A stretch of DNA of 64,000 bases from the human T2T-CHM13v2.0 reference genome, Homo sapiens (GCF_009914755.1 NC_060938.1); one strand, 5' to 3'; shown: positions 13,780 to 28,985, numbered from the stretch's first letter. A program made the numbers and translations. Notes: a model not told the origin generated them from the sequence alone.

Positions 13780-15135
13780 TTCTTTTTAACCTTTTATTTT
13801 GAAATAATTTCAGATTTGCAGAAAAGTTACAAGAATACTATAAAGAATTCCCAAATACTCCTCCCCACAATTCTCCAGATGTTAACATTTACCACATCTG
13901 CTTCTCTTTCTCTGCATGTGTATGCGTTAATTTTTAATAGATCATTTGAGACTAAATTGCAGACATGATGTCCTTTTATCCCTAAACACTTCAGAGTGTA
14001 TTTTCTAAAAAAAAGGACATTCTCTTACATAAACACAGTACAGTTATCAAAATCAGGAAATTAATAGTGTTATAGTACTACTACATAACTTGCAGAAATT
14101 ATTAATTTTGAAAATTGATATAATAATAGTAATGTCATCTTTATAGCAAGAGAAAAAAGCCTGGCTTTGATTAAGGAACAATCTAGAAGCACTCATTGCA
14201 ATTACAGATACTGTTTCCTTTGTCTTCTTTAATCTAGGACAGTTCCTCAGTCTTTATCTTTCATGTCCTTGACTTTTTTTTAAAATTATTTTTAATTTTT
14301 GTGGGTACCTCGTAGGTGTCTATACTTATGGGGCCTTGACATTTTTGAAGAGTATAGTCCAGTTATTTTGTGGACTGTCCCTCAATTTGAGTTTGCCTGA
14401 TGCTTCCTTATGAATTAATTTGGGTCATGCATTTTTTTGGCAGGAAGACCACAGATGTGATGTTATGTCCTTTGTAATGCATCATGTCAGCAGGCGTAAG
14501 ATATAATAATGTCCCATTACTGTGATGATAACTTTGGTCACCTTAACCAAGAGACCAAAATCTGCCACATTTTTCTGTGATAAAGTCACTATTTTCCCTT
14601 TTGTAACTAATAAGTAATTTGTAACTACCTTATGGATTTCCTGTTTATGATCAGGCTTTCATCCACTAGTGTTAGCATCAATGGATGACTCATCAATTAT
14701 TACTATCATGACAGTCGAGTGATAATTTTCCAATTCCATCATTTCTTCTAAATGTATTCACTGGTATTCTACTGATGGAATACTTTCTCCTTCTTTCCCA
14801 TTTATGTGTTTATTTATTTATCTACTCATCCCGCAGTGCCCATGGATTTTTATGTTATTTGGTGGGTTATAATCTGTTACTATGATTCTGTATTTTGATG
14901 CTCGTATTGTTCCGCATTTGGCCAGTGGGAATCTTTTCAAGCTGGCTCCTGTGTTCTTTTGGCACATCCACATCATTCTATGAACTCTTCCTTGATTTCT
15001 GGTGTGACAAGATGTTCCAGGCTCATCTTATATTTTCCTAGCCCCAGCCCTGGAATTCAGCCATTTCTCCAAGGAGCCCTGGTTCCTTTTAGCAGCTCAT
15101 GGTATTTAGAAACCAAGATCTGGACTCTAGGTGAG
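13780..15135 (-). mobile_element. Old L1 (L1MC4/L1MC5-like) 3' region
   Basis: ttttattttgaaataatttcagatttgcagaaaagttacaagaat ... ccatttctccaaggagccctggttccttt motifs. Confidence 0.65.
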
Positions 15136-15461
15136 GAGCAGCATTTTTTAAATGTGTAAAATCTCACAAACCGATTAGCCAAAAGCAACAACTCTCTTTT
15201 AAATCTCCTACATGATTTTTAAAATAATTCCAATTGCTTCATCTTGTGTTTATATTCCTTCTAGAAAAACCCACGGACAGCAATGTATATTCATGGTCTT
15301 GAAGCCTATATTGTCTTTAAATAATTCAATATTTCTGTCAGTTAGTGAAAATCATCCCCAAGTAGTGTGCCAATGGAATATTGGACAAATGGACCAAACT
15401 CCTTCTTCTTCTTTTTTTTTTTGTGTGTGTGTGCGTGTGTCCTTTTTTTGATGTCTTTCAG

Positions 15462-15689
15462 ATGGAGTTACAAGATGATGGAATCACGATGGGTTTAGAG
15501 CACAGCTTATCAAAGGACATTATTTCTATTATAAACAATGTCTTCCAAGCCCCCTGGGGGGGATCCCACACCTGCCAGAAGGACGAAAAAGCAATCGAGT
15601 GCAACTTATGTCAGTCTAGTATCCTCTGCTATCAGCTTGCTTGTGAACTCCTGGAGAGACTAGCTCCTAAAGAAGAAAGCCGGCTGGTG
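15462..15689 (+). CDS. UNC79: UNC79 exon (MELQDDGITMGLEHSLSK...CNLCQSSILCYQLACELLERLAPKEESRLV)
   Basis: gtctttcag acceptor, GTG|gtaagc donor, 228 nt, phase 0 to 0. Confidence 0.92.
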
Positions 15690-16026
15690 GTAAGCAGTTG
15701 AAGAAACGAGATGACCCATGTATAATAGCATTAAAGACTGCAGTAGCTGATGTAATGGAGTCTTCCTCCAGCAGCATCTTATACTCCATGCTGGGTTATA
15801 CGTGAGACTGTGTTAAAAGAAACTTTTCCCATTGCTTCTGCCAACTCAGGCTCTTGGAAAGGGATACAAACTGAAGCCACGCTATACGGAATTCTATTAA
15901 GTGGCTTGAGTGAGGGTTGTAGCACCTCCATTCATATGGTTTCATGCATTAGTAGTATTCTTAAAAGAACTTTTATCACAAAGTTATATTACAAAGTTTA
16001 AGTGACAATGGATACTGTAAAATGTA

Positions 16027-16321
16027 TTTTTTTTTTGAGACGGTGCCTTACTCTGTCTCCTATGCTGGAGTGCAGTAGCTTGATCATGGCTCACTGAAAC
16101 CTCTGCCTCCCAGGCTCAGGTGATTCTCCCACTTCAGCCTCCCAAGAAGCTGGGACTACAGGTGCCCACCACCATGCCTGGCTAATTTTTAAATTATTTT
16201 TTGTGGAGACGGGGTTTTGCCATGTTGCCCAGGCTGGTCTTGAACTCCTGAGCTCAAGTGGTCTACCCTCCTCAACCTCCCAAAGTGCTGGGATTACAGG
16301 CATGAGCCACCATGCCTGGCC
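16027..16321 (-). mobile_element. AluJ
   Basis: Full antisense dimer. Confidence 0.9.
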
Positions 16322-16484
16322 AAATGTATGCATTTTTAAATTGTTTCTCCATCTAGCTGTTGACAGACACTTGGGTTGCCATACCTTGCTGTCTGTAACT
16401 CACATGTTATAGCAGTTTTTCACTCCTAAAAATTTGACTACCCTGGACAACCAGTATTTGTGTCTTTAAATTTTTTTAAAAAAA

Positions 16485-17093
<609 letters not shown>

Positions 17094-17504
17094 ATTTGCA
17101 TCTTAATATAGCTTTGTGAACCCGTTATTATTCCTTCCTAATCAAGTCCTGTTATTGAATAAAATGTACATGGGTGAGAATGACTTGATGAGTGGGACAC
17201 TGATCTTGGAGACTAATGCAGAGGTGAGAAAGCAGGCCTAGGAAGATTTAATGATGTTTTTGATCTTCTTCTATATATATTTGAAGTGAAAGAAAATGTT
17301 TCAGCAATAGCGGATAGAGATTTCTTTTCACTGTTCCAGCAATAAGCTCCAGGGTCTTCTGGGGTGTGGTGCCTTGGCCTCTGGCCTCAGCAGCATGGGA
17401 CCCGAGACACAGCAGGTGTGCAGTCCAGCTTTGCTGAGCTGAGCAAACCGTTCCTGACACCCCTCCAGGGCTGCTTACCTGGCTGCCTGTCCTGTTTATT
17501 TCAG

Positions 17505-17646
17505 GAGCCCACAGACAGCCTGGAGGATAGCCTCCTTTCTTCCAGACCAGAGTTTATCATAGGCCCTGAAGGGGAGGAGGAGGAGAATCCTGCAAGCAAG
17601 CATGGGGAGAACCCAGGCAACTGCACCGAGCCCGTGGAACATGCTG
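17505..17646 (+). CDS. UNC79: UNC79 exon (EPTDSLEDSLLSSRPEFIIGPEGEEEENPASKHGENPGNCTEPVEHA)
   Basis: tttatttcag acceptor, CTG|gtaggt donor, 142 nt, phase 0 to 1. Confidence 0.9.
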
Positions 17647-18341
17647 GTAGGTGTGCACTGACTGCCGGGGAATGCGCCACGTGCACATGGCCTGATGCTC
17701 AAATCACCGGGTTCTTGGTTTAATATCGACTTGGGCAAATTCAGACGTGGTTTCCTTAGTATAGACTCGTGCAGAGGAACATCTCCCAGCAGATTATAAA
17801 ATGAACAGATCCGTTACAGTTCCCATAGAACCCAGTTCCCTGAGCATCTTTCTGGCAGCGGGCACCGGTTTTCAATAAAAACTCATCGCCTCCCTACTTA
17901 CAATGCGAGGTATTCTCTGTGGACCAAGGCTGGGTGCTGACAATCTTGACAGCCACTCAGGGCATTTGGCTAAAGCAGAGTGTTTCTGAATAGAAGCAGT
18001 GGGGCTCTGGCGGTTGGGCTGTGCAGGCTGAGCTCGAAGGCTACTTTGCTGGCTCTTAGCTGGGACTGGGGAGCAGCCACTTTTTCATTTGTCTCAAAGC
18101 TCTTGGGTGGACGCAATGGGGGCAGTGAGATGGCAGATAGGCTCAGGAATCGTACTCTAGCTCCTCTCACATGAGGACGTTTAGGGATTTCAGGATGTGA
18201 CCCCACGTGCCTCTGGGAAAGCCTGATTTCTAGCTCTGGGTGGTGGCACTCTGGGGATCTATATGAGACCTGGGGCAAATTTGGGCAGCTTTTCAATCTT
18301 CCTGCATCCATGATCCGGAAGAGTTAGAATAGCTTGCTCCT

Positions 18342-18726
<385 letters not shown>

Positions 18727-19105
18727 TTATTAGGGGACTGTTTTCTGGGGTTCATTGCAACTGTGGAGGTGTCTTATTCAAACGAAGGTAACCCTACTAA
18801 ATCTTCGGTCAGAACTAACTGCTTCTCCATGGATCATATGAACAGTGAATTGTGTATGAATATCTCAGCTCACACTATTTCATGTCATAAACTTTAGAAT
18901 TTGAAGGAATACCTGAGGTGAGCTGGTTCACTGGTTTTCGGTGTGCACTTCTTGAAGCTGTAAGGGCTCAGTGTGATTTCTTTTGGAACATCCTCAATTG
19001 GGGCAACCCCTGGGGGGAAGAGGAGGGCAAAATATAAAGACCCAGGCTCCCCACCTTGCTTCTGCCAGATTGCTCCAACTTACTCTCTTTCATATGTTGG
19101 AGGTC

Positions 19106-19409
19106 TTTTTTTTTTTTTTTTTTTTTAAGATAAGGGTCCTGCTCTGTCATCCAGGCTGGAGTGCAGGAGCCCGATCACGGCTCACTCCAGCCTTGACCAC
19201 CTGGGCTCAAGCAGTCCTCCCACCTCAGCCTCCAGAGTAGCTGGGACCACAGACATGCTCCACCATGCCCGGCTAGTTTTTTAAACTTTTTGTAGAGATG
19301 GGTTTTCGCCATGTTGCTCAGGCTGTTCTCGAACTCCTAGACTCAAGTGATCCACCCGTCTCGGCCTCCCAAAGAGCTAGGATTACAGCATGAGCCACCA
19401 CACCCGGCC
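19106..19409 (-). mobile_element. AluJ
   Basis: Full antisense dimer; TSD atatgttgga. Confidence 0.9.
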
Positions 19410-19962
19410 ATATGTTGGAATTCTAAGATTTTCTGCAAACAGAATATTCTGCAGAAAAGAAGTTTACAATCTGCTGATCCAGTTTAGCCTTTGTACTTGG
19501 CAGATGAGGAAAATAAATCCCAGATGGGTTAAACAACTTGCCCCTGGTCATGTCACTCCTACTATTCATTCACAATTTATACTTCATATTTCACATGATT
19601 CCAGAGCTGTAACGGAACATCGGAATCCCTGAGAAGCAGAAACACAAACAAAAGCTCCACTCCCCAGCTTCAAGTCTGGGTATCCCTGGGATGGGGACCT
19701 GGGAATGGGAAACAACTAATTAGTGGCAGGGTTGGGACTAGAACCCAGGTCTTCTACTTTAATTTAGGATTAATTAACTTGTTGTAGGTGCTGCAGCAGC
19801 CAGGGCCCAGGCCTACAGTTGTGTTTCTGTCAGGCATTCATGCCTATGGGAAGCTGGGACTTCACTCATGATCCAATAGCCTGTACTCTTTCTATGCAAA
19901 TATATTTTTTAAACCTAAGCTAGCACACAGATCAATTAACTGCTGCTTTTATCTCTGCGTAA

Positions 19963-20300
<338 letters not shown>

Positions 20301-20503
20301 AGCAATTTATTTTTAAATGTTTTTCTTTTCCTTGCTGTATTGTTATACAGTCCACTTATTAAAACACATGCTTTGTTCTCCCCTGCATGCTCCTCCAGGC
20401 TCCTGTGGCAGCTTTAGCCTCTTTTCCTGCTCAGACTCTCCGCTGTCTTGCAGGATGCAGTTATAAATTGTCTCTGCAGGAGAGTCCCTCTTCTCTTTCT
20501 TCC

Positions 20504-20611
20504 AAGACCAGGGTTCCCTGCTGTTCAGAGCCTCTCTCCTGCTTCTGCTCTGCAGGCCTTAAGACCAGGGTTCCCTCAGAGCCTCTCTCCTGCTTCTGCT
20601 CTGCGGGCCTT
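20504..20611. repeat. Imperfect tandem duplication (57 + 51 bp)
   Basis: aagaccagggttccct(gctgtt)cagagcctctctcctgcttctgctctgc(a/g)ggcctt occurs twice. Confidence 0.85.
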
Positions 20612-21187
20612 CAGGCAGTGATCTGGAGCTCTTCTGTCCTAGAATTCAGGGGTGCTCTGTCGACACGTGTTCAGAGACTTCCCCTCCCTTCTAGTGTGTT
20701 TCCCTTTTTCCCATCTTGAGGCCTGGCCCTATTTCTTATCATGGTCAGATATGTCCACCACCAAAAATATATTTAAAACTTTCACATCAAACAAAACAGT
20801 CAAGTACTTATGACAAGCATTTAAAATACATTCAGGCGGAAGATTCCCAATGGACTTTTCAGTATCTAGATCAAGAGAATTTGACTGCCGTTGCCTCTGA
20901 TCCTAGGGATTGCCAAAACGTGTAATGGTGATTTTAACACATTCTGCACTAGTTTCTGCATCTGGTTAACTTGTGAATTCTTTTCTCTAGCATGCCTCAT
21001 GTATAATACATTGATGCCCCCAGTATGGGGGCAAAAGTTTTAGAGATCCTCCCGAGAGGGTGAAAATAATGAGTAGTTGTTCTCATCTGAATATGTTCAA
21101 CTGTTTCAAAATCTACCTCTTTTTGTGAGAATCCATGGGATAAACCTCTTCAGTTGCTAGTACAAATTGAACACCTCTCTCTCTCTC

Positions 21188-21484
21188 TTTTTTTTTTTTT
21201 TTTGAGACTGAGTCTTGCTCTATTGCCCAGGCTGGAGTACAGTGGCTCAATATCAGCTCACTGCAACCTCCACCCTCCCAGGTTCAAGTGATTCTCTTGC
21301 CTCAGCCCCCAAGTAGCTGTGATTACAGATGCCCACCATCATGCCTGGCTAATTTTTGTATTTTCAGTAGAGATGGGGTTTCACCATGTTGGCCATGCTG
21401 GTCTTGAACTCTGACCTCAAGTGATCTACCCGCCTTGGCCTCCCAAAGTGCTGGGATTACAGGCATGAGCCACCGCGCCCATCC
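21188..21484 (-). mobile_element. AluS
   Basis: Full antisense dimer; TSD aacacctctct. Confidence 0.9.
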
Positions 21485-21899
21485 AAACACCTCTCTTTAA
21501 TACCTGCATATCTCCCTTCCAATTAGGAAGGCATAGCTAGCCAGGTTCCAGGTCCCTTCAGGGAGCAGCAGAACTAACAGAACTAGCAGCACTGTGCAAT
21601 CAATCATGTATTCAGTTGTCTTTGGGTAGGGTTAGCTCCAGGGAGCCAAAGACATCTGAATACATGATGGACTGCGCAGTGGAAAATGGAAACTGAGAAT
21701 CCTCAATTCAGAAGATTTCCTGCACTTGTATCATAGCAGGGATATATGCTAATGTGGAGAGCAGATAAAAAGTTTTCTCAAACAATTTTGCATATATGTC
21801 AATTTTTTACTCTTCTTGGTTTTTATGATCTTGATAAATTGATGAATGATGGGGGAGAGGAAGAGTTAGCCTAATTTTTGTGTAATTATTTCTTCACAG

Positions 21900-21979
21900 C
21901 AGTAAAGAATGATACCGAAAGAAAATTTTGCTACCAACAGCTTCCGGTAACATTGAGACTAATATATACCATTTTCCAG
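21900..21979 (+). CDS. UNC79: UNC79 exon (AVKNDTERKFCYQQLPVTLRLIYTIFQ); alternative start at 21903
   Basis: tcttcaCAGCAG tandem acceptor, CAG|gtatat donor, phase 1 to 0. Confidence 0.9.
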
Positions 21980-22063
21980 GTATATTTTCTGATGTCTTTG
22001 AATACTTGGCTTGGTAGCATTACTGTTTTGGATAACTTAGTAACCATGTGGTTTTTTGTATAG

Positions 22064-22212
22064 GAAATGGCTAAGTTTGAAGAGCCAGACATTCTTTTTA
22101 ATATGCTCAATTGCCTGAAGATTCTCTGTCTGCATGGAGAATGTTTATACATTGCCAGAAAAGATCACCCTCAATTTTTAGCCTACATTCAGGACCACAT
22201 GTTGATTGCAAG
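22064..22212 (+). CDS. UNC79: UNC79 exon (EMAKFEEPDILFNMLNCLKILCLHGECLYIARKDHPQFLAYIQDHMLIA)
   Basis: ttttttgtatag acceptor after an 84-nt intron, AAG|gtacgt donor, 149 nt, phase 0 to 2. Confidence 0.92.
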
Positions 22213-23762
22213 GTACGTCTTCCTAATGGTTTGTTTTGATTGTTTATACATTAGGCTTTAGTTGTGAAAATTAAAGTTAGATTAAGATTTACTGGCTTGT
22301 TTGGGTTATTTTTTGAGCCAGGACAGCTCGATTGCCTATGATAACTACTTTTATTTTTCTTTTTTAGTCTAATTTAAAAGTACGTTAATACAAGGAATGG
22401 TAATTTCCATTTGCCTGATACTGAATAAATAGAAAAGTTAAAGTAAAAATTATTGTATGCCTTTCACTTGTTAGATGGCTTAAGAATATAGAAAATATAG
22501 AAAAATGCCAAAAAATACGTTAATATTTACCTAGTATAATTAAGTAAGGACTTACCTACCTTCTTACTTAAAATAGAACTGCTAATAGATGTCTAAATCT
22601 CTCCATATACTATCTGATAAGTTATTTTTTAGAGACTGGTGAGACATTTTGAAAATTATAATAAAACGTTACCCTAGATTTACAGCGTTTTTCCTCCTGA
22701 AAACCTTAAAATAACTTTTGCAATCTTCCTGGAAATAAATCAGAAACATCCTTATTTTATATGTATGAGAATGAGTCAGTAAAAAAGGAAAAGATTGGTT
22801 CAGGTTAACTTGATGACAAACCACATTGAGGCTCTATCTTTCTTTACTCATTTTGTTTATTTATTATTCATTCAACAAATATGAGGGCTTACTGTATACA
22901 TTCTTGTTCTGGGTACTTAGGGAATTTGCAATCTAGTTTGGAAGTGGGTGAATCCTATATAGAGAAAAGGTGACCATATAATTTAGTATTCAAATTTGTG
23001 TACGTTTGAGAGTGAAGAGAGGTGGTCTTCATAATAACCCCAAGAGGATGAATATAAACTCGACAGTCTTGGTTAAACTAAGATTCATGGTCATGTATAT
23101 GTAAGTCACTGTCAATCCAAGGGAATGTGATAAATGACTGCTTTATACAGCTCAGAGGTGGGAGAGAGCATTTCTGGATGAATGATGAATGATGAAAGGC
23201 TCTGGAGACAATACCACTTGAATGGGCATTGAGATAACGATAGAATTTTCATTGGTAGAGATTTGAGATGGGTGGGACATGTTGTAAAACCTGGGAATGT
23301 CAGGAGGAAACAGATAGCAGAGTTGGAAAGAAGGGACCAGAAATAAGCAGGGCATACTTGGGGGATACTGAAGCTTTATTTATTTATTTATTTATTTATT
23401 TTGCCGGATGGTGTGGATGTAAGGGAGTAATGGAAAATGAGGCTGGAGAAGTAGGTTGGGACCCAAGTATGAAGGGCCTTGAAGATAGGGATTTTATTTA
23501 ATGATGTTTGGAGATCCATGGAAGACCTTAAAATAGAGTCAGAGGTGTGCTTTACTAGAATGAGTATGGAGAAAAGAGAGATTTTTGGAAAGCACCCAAA
23601 TTTAAGAGAGTGCTAAGAGCACATTACAAAGCTTACTGAATATAAACACACAATGCAGAACCTTTTTCTGAAAGGTTTGTTAGAAGAGGAAAGGAAACAT
23701 CAGATACTTAGAGAGAAAAGGGAGTAGACATTAAGGATTTTTAGGATAAAGAAAATCTGAAC

Positions 23763-24253
<491 letters not shown>

Positions 24254-25087
24254 TTAAGGGGAGTTTATAACGGCTGACTTAAGCCTTAAGAATATTAGGT
24301 GTTGATGTCTTCTCCTGAGAGATGATGACAGACATTGTGTTGGGAACTTCAGGAACATGGAAAAGAGTATGGGACAGCCTGCACGAGGAAAGCAGCAGGA
24401 AGTAAACAAGAAATAACCAAAGAATCACCAGCTTTAGGGTTCGGCTGAGGTTAGCTAGCACCAGTTTGCAGTGGACCAACTTAGTAGGGGTTTGGGTTTC
24501 TTTTTCTCCGGCACTCAGGGGCTTAGGAGTGGACGAGAGCAAATGGGCAAAGGGTTTACTGGGGACCGGGGACTGGTGATATGGTTATGATGGAAGCTCA
24601 GAGGGATGAGGATTCCAGAGTGATGAAATGGTTGTCTCTGGGATCCATTCTACGATTGAAAGCAGATGAAGCCAGAAAAATTGATATTTGGGAGAAGAGT
24701 ATGGAAAAGAGGGCAGAGGAGTCTCAGTCAGTATGGGCTGGGGGATGGGGGGAAAGTTGGGTGTTCTCAGCCTTATAGAGGGGAGGTCAGCATCTCATCC
24801 AGCAGAGTAAAGACAGAGGCCACTGGGGATGAGGAGGTGTGAATGAGACCAGGGCTTGATCCACTGATGGCATCTGCAGAGGCCCGCCTGAGGAGCAAGA
24901 CTGAACTAGGTGCCTAATGGACCAAAGAATTGGGAGAGGACCCTGTGCATCAATGTCATGGGTTTCAAAAGAAAGAGGCTGCTAAGAGGAGGCCTGGAGG
25001 AAGTCTTGGGAAGCAAGGGTCATTTGGCCTGGTGAAGATGGGAGTCCAGACTCATTGAGACTCTAGACTCTCAAGAGAAAATCTTAA

Positions 25088-25287
25088 GGCCAGGCACAGT
25101 GGCTCATCCCTGTAATTCCAGCATGTCGGAAAATAGAGGTGGGAGGATCACTTAAGGCCAGGAGTTTTAGACCAGCTTGGGCAACATAGCAAGACCCCAT
25201 CTCTGCTAAAACAAAATATTAGCCAAGTATGGTGGTGCAAGCCTTTAGTCCCAGCTACTGAGAGGCTGAGGTGGGAGGATTGCTTGA
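25088..25287 (+). mobile_element. AluJ, 3'-truncated
   Basis: Left arm plus the start of the right arm, fused to a MaLR fragment. Confidence 0.8.
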
Positions 25288-25289
25288 TT

Positions 25290-25567
25290 TGAGGAGACTT
25301 TCTTCCATCTCTCCTGGGTTCTCATGGCTGCTGGCAATTGTTGGAATGTCTTGGCTATAGCTGCCTCACTCCAATCTTTGCCACATGGTCTTCTTCCCTG
25401 TGTGTCCCTGAGTGCCCCTTCCTCTTATTAGGGCACTAGTCATTCATTATATTTAGGACCCGCTCTATCCAGTAGGAACTCATCTTAACTGATGAAATCT
25501 AAATAAGGCCCCATCTTGAGGTTCTGATTGCACATGAATTTTCGGGGAGCACTCTTCAGCCCACTAG
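25290..25567 (-). mobile_element. MLT1-type MaLR LTR fragment
   Basis: cactccaatctttgccacatgg...cttattagggcactagtcatt...catgaattttcggggagcactcttcagcccacta. Confidence 0.6.
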
Positions 25568-26605
25568 AGAAGCATACCATGAGAAAGGTGGAGGATCTAT
25601 AGAAGTTTCTTCCCAAGAAAACAGGGATTCTACAGCTGCAGTGGGAGGAAGAAGCTGGGGAAAGGGAAAGGGCAGACATGGCTGACCTGGAGTGGGGAAG
25701 AGTAGGAATGACCCGGAGGGAACAGTGTGAAGTTCGAGACCATCAGCAGATCTGGACGAAAGGAGTGAGGGAAAAGGGTCGAGAGTTAGGCAGACGCTCC
25801 ATGAATTCAACATGGGAATACGAGATGGGCATTATTTTTTATTGTGAAAGCAACCCCCCAGAATGTACACTTGCCAAATGGACTGTTAGTGCCATGGGAC
25901 TACCCACTCGGCCTTTAGGGTCCATAGCCCAGGCTTTCTCCTTAAAGGGCCAGGTTTTCTCCGCAAAGTGCCACCATGACACAAAAACCATGATGGACAA
26001 TGAAAGGACTTGTGGAAGAGATGCTCTGCCCCTTTCCAAACAAGTCTGCCCTCGAGAGCTGGGAAAGGCGAATGGGACTGGCTGAATCTTGGGCTTTGTC
26101 ATGGAAATGGTTTTCTAGCTGGGCTGCCTGGTTTGCATTCTTCAACTACACCGGAAGTTCCATGAAGGCACAAATTATATCTTCTTTTTCCTTTGCACTC
26201 TTCCTAGGGCCTATTGTGCTCTGGAAGCATCATCGTCCTTGTAATCATGATGGTGGTAGCAGCTTCAGGTTTCTGCATACCTACTAAGTGCCATGCTCTC
26301 TGCACATCTTGTTTAAAGCCCACACTGGGAGGACACAAAGGTTTAGAGAATTTGCACATTGTTACACAGCTTATGAATGGCAGGGTTGGGATGAGGTCCC
26401 TGTTTGTCTGACTTCCACTTATTTAGATTAAGCATATGGCATTTAAAAAATCACTCCTTTTCATTCTATAGCTCTAGTATGCCTTCTGAAAAACAGCCAA
26501 CTGGAGTGGCTCGTACCTCCATATGCTCTCTGTAAAATGGAGATGGCACGTGTCACTCTTCCCTTCTCTTACCGGTGCAGCATGAGCTATGTAAAGTCAC
26601 AAATA

Positions 26606-27947
26606 CAGGTGATCCTTGAACAATGGGGAGGTACAAATGTGCTGACCCCTGTGCAGTTGAAAATCCTTGTCTAACTTTTCTCTTCCCCAAAACTTAACCT
26701 CTAATAGCTTACTGTTGACCAGAAGCCTTATGATAACATAAAGAGCTGATTGACACATATTTTGTATGTTTTATGCATTATTTATTGTATTCTTACAATA
26801 AAGTAAGCCAGAGAAAAGAAAATGTTATTGAGAAAATCATAAGGAAAATGCATTTGCAGTACCGTACTGTGTTTATCAATACCGTAAGTTTATGCCATCT
26901 GTTTACAAGATGAATTGTCTGTTTGAAATGGTGAGCAGCTGCAGCTGCAGACCTCAAGCTATGGTACATGTCAAGCAATTCAACTTTTCCTAGCAACGTC
27001 GTGACTTTTGTCTGCTTTCTGGGAGCACTTCCAGCGTCACTAGTGGCACTTCGTATGGGACCCATGGTGCTATTCATGGTTTACGGTATTGCACTAAACA
27101 CAATGAAAAAGACGCGAGAACTGCGAGGGATCACTTTTTACTGTGATTTGCAATTTACTGGAGAGAGGAACTGCTCACACAGACAGACAACACTTGAGCT
27201 CACCTGAATAGCAACAGGAGATGGCTACAAAATTATTGCCGTAGTACAGTGTGTACCACAGTTGGTTTTATGCAGTTATGATTTCATACTGCATCTTTAC
27301 ATTTGCTTAACATTCCTCTCCACTGTGAGTGGCGCCACGTATGGTCTGTAAATGTTTGTGTGTGTAAGCTTTCATAAATTTTAACTTTTTATAATAGATT
27401 CGTGTATAATTTATGGTAGTAAATGTTAAAATAGACTAGTAACTACATATATTTTATACATTCATTACATAACTTTTCCTTTTTTTTTTTTTTTTTTTGA
27501 GACTGAGTCTCGCTCTGTCGCCCAGGCTGGAGTGCAGTGGCTCAATCTCGGTTCACTGCAAGCTCTGCCTCCCGGGTTCACGCCATTCTCCTGCCTCAGC
27601 CCCCTGAGTAGGTGGGACTACAGGCGCCCACCACCACGCCCGGCTAATTTTTTGTATTTTTAGTAGAGACGGAGTTTCACTGTGTTAGCCAGGATGGTCT
27701 CGATCTCCTGACCTTGTGATCCACCTGCCTCAGCCTCCCAAAGTGCTGGGATTACAGGCGTGAGCCACTGCGCCTGGCCGACATAACTTTTCCTTAAATT
27801 TTTTCACTAGTTTTAGGCTACATGGTTCATCTGTGAACTTTTTAAAATTGTTGCAAATCTCCTAAAAAATTCAATATATTTATTGAAAACAATCCATGTA
27901 TAAGTGGACCTGTACAGTTCAAACCTGTGTTGTTCAAGGGTCAACTG
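26606..27947. mobile_element. Tigger2-family non-autonomous DNA transposon (about 1.03 kb without the Alu; Tigger2b-like)
   Basis: Terminal inverted repeats CAGGTGATCCTTGAACAA / TTGTTCAAGGGTCAACTG flanked by TA duplications. Confidence 0.85.
27480..27779 (-). mobile_element. AluY inside Tigger2
   Basis: gcaagctc...ttcacgccattctcctg diagnostic motifs; TSD acataacttttcctt. Confidence 0.92.
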
Positions 27948-28985
27948 TAGTTTTGATTCTGATATTGACTCTGGAGTCAAATAGAAAACAAAACAAAACA
28001 AAACAACAACAAAAACAACCAAAAGGCATACTTTAAATAATTGAAAAAAATGGAAACAATAATGTATTATTACTAAAATATATTATATTCAGAATTATTC
28101 CTGTAGAACTTGATAGGAACTTAGCTGAAACTTGCTGAGGTGCAGGATGTTATCAGGGATCTCTTTCTCTGTCTTCTCCTCCTCCCCTTTCTCACTCCCT
28201 CCCCATCTCATAGCCCAACTGTGGCTTGGCTTCTTAAATGGAACTAAGTGTTGGCTTCTCCGTTAAGCACAGGCTGTCCCTGTGAGATGGGAAGGAGGGT
28301 CATTGGCAGTTGCAGGCTGACATCACCCTTCATTCCTGAGATTTCAGAAGGAGAGAGAGCCTCTTTCTCCCAGAGTGCATAACAGTCCCTGAAATAAGAG
28401 TTCTGTTATTCCCATGCTTGGGTCATACGCCTTCTCCTAGCTAATCACTTTATTCAGGGTGTTGACGTTCTTTGATCAGCCTGTTTGTGTTCCCCCTTAT
28501 GATAGAGAAGGTTGGGGAGCTTGATTGATGACCTGTCTGTTCTTGGAGAGGCTGTTATTAAGAGAAAAAGAGTTGTTCTTTGACATCATAAGAGGCTGGG
28601 CAGGCCAAACCAACCAAACTTGCCAGATGCTCACTGTAAGAAAATTTTTAAAAATCACGTATTACTCCATCATCCTAACGTACCTAATTTTGACTTTGTA
28701 TATTACTGAAGCCATTTATTTATATTGCTGAATTTACATTATGCAGATTTTTAAGTTATAAAATGTAATGTTAAGTAAAAGTGCTTTTCTGCAGTGTCAC
28801 GTTAAGAGGACAGAGCATAGGAAACGTCTGTCAGAGGATTATCCTCTCGTGGATGAGTGTCATTTCACCAAAAGCACCCCTACCCACCGTCTTGTAACTA
28901 CTCTTGCCATAAATTAAGAGGACAGGATCTTTTTCTGGAAAAGTTGTGATAACTGTCACCACTTTGCTTCTCCTTGATTCCCTAG

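Noticed and set aside
19688-19709. G-quadruplex-like motif (another at 24735-24761)
   Set aside because: Such motifs are common in human introns; both are far from splice sites with no functional evidence
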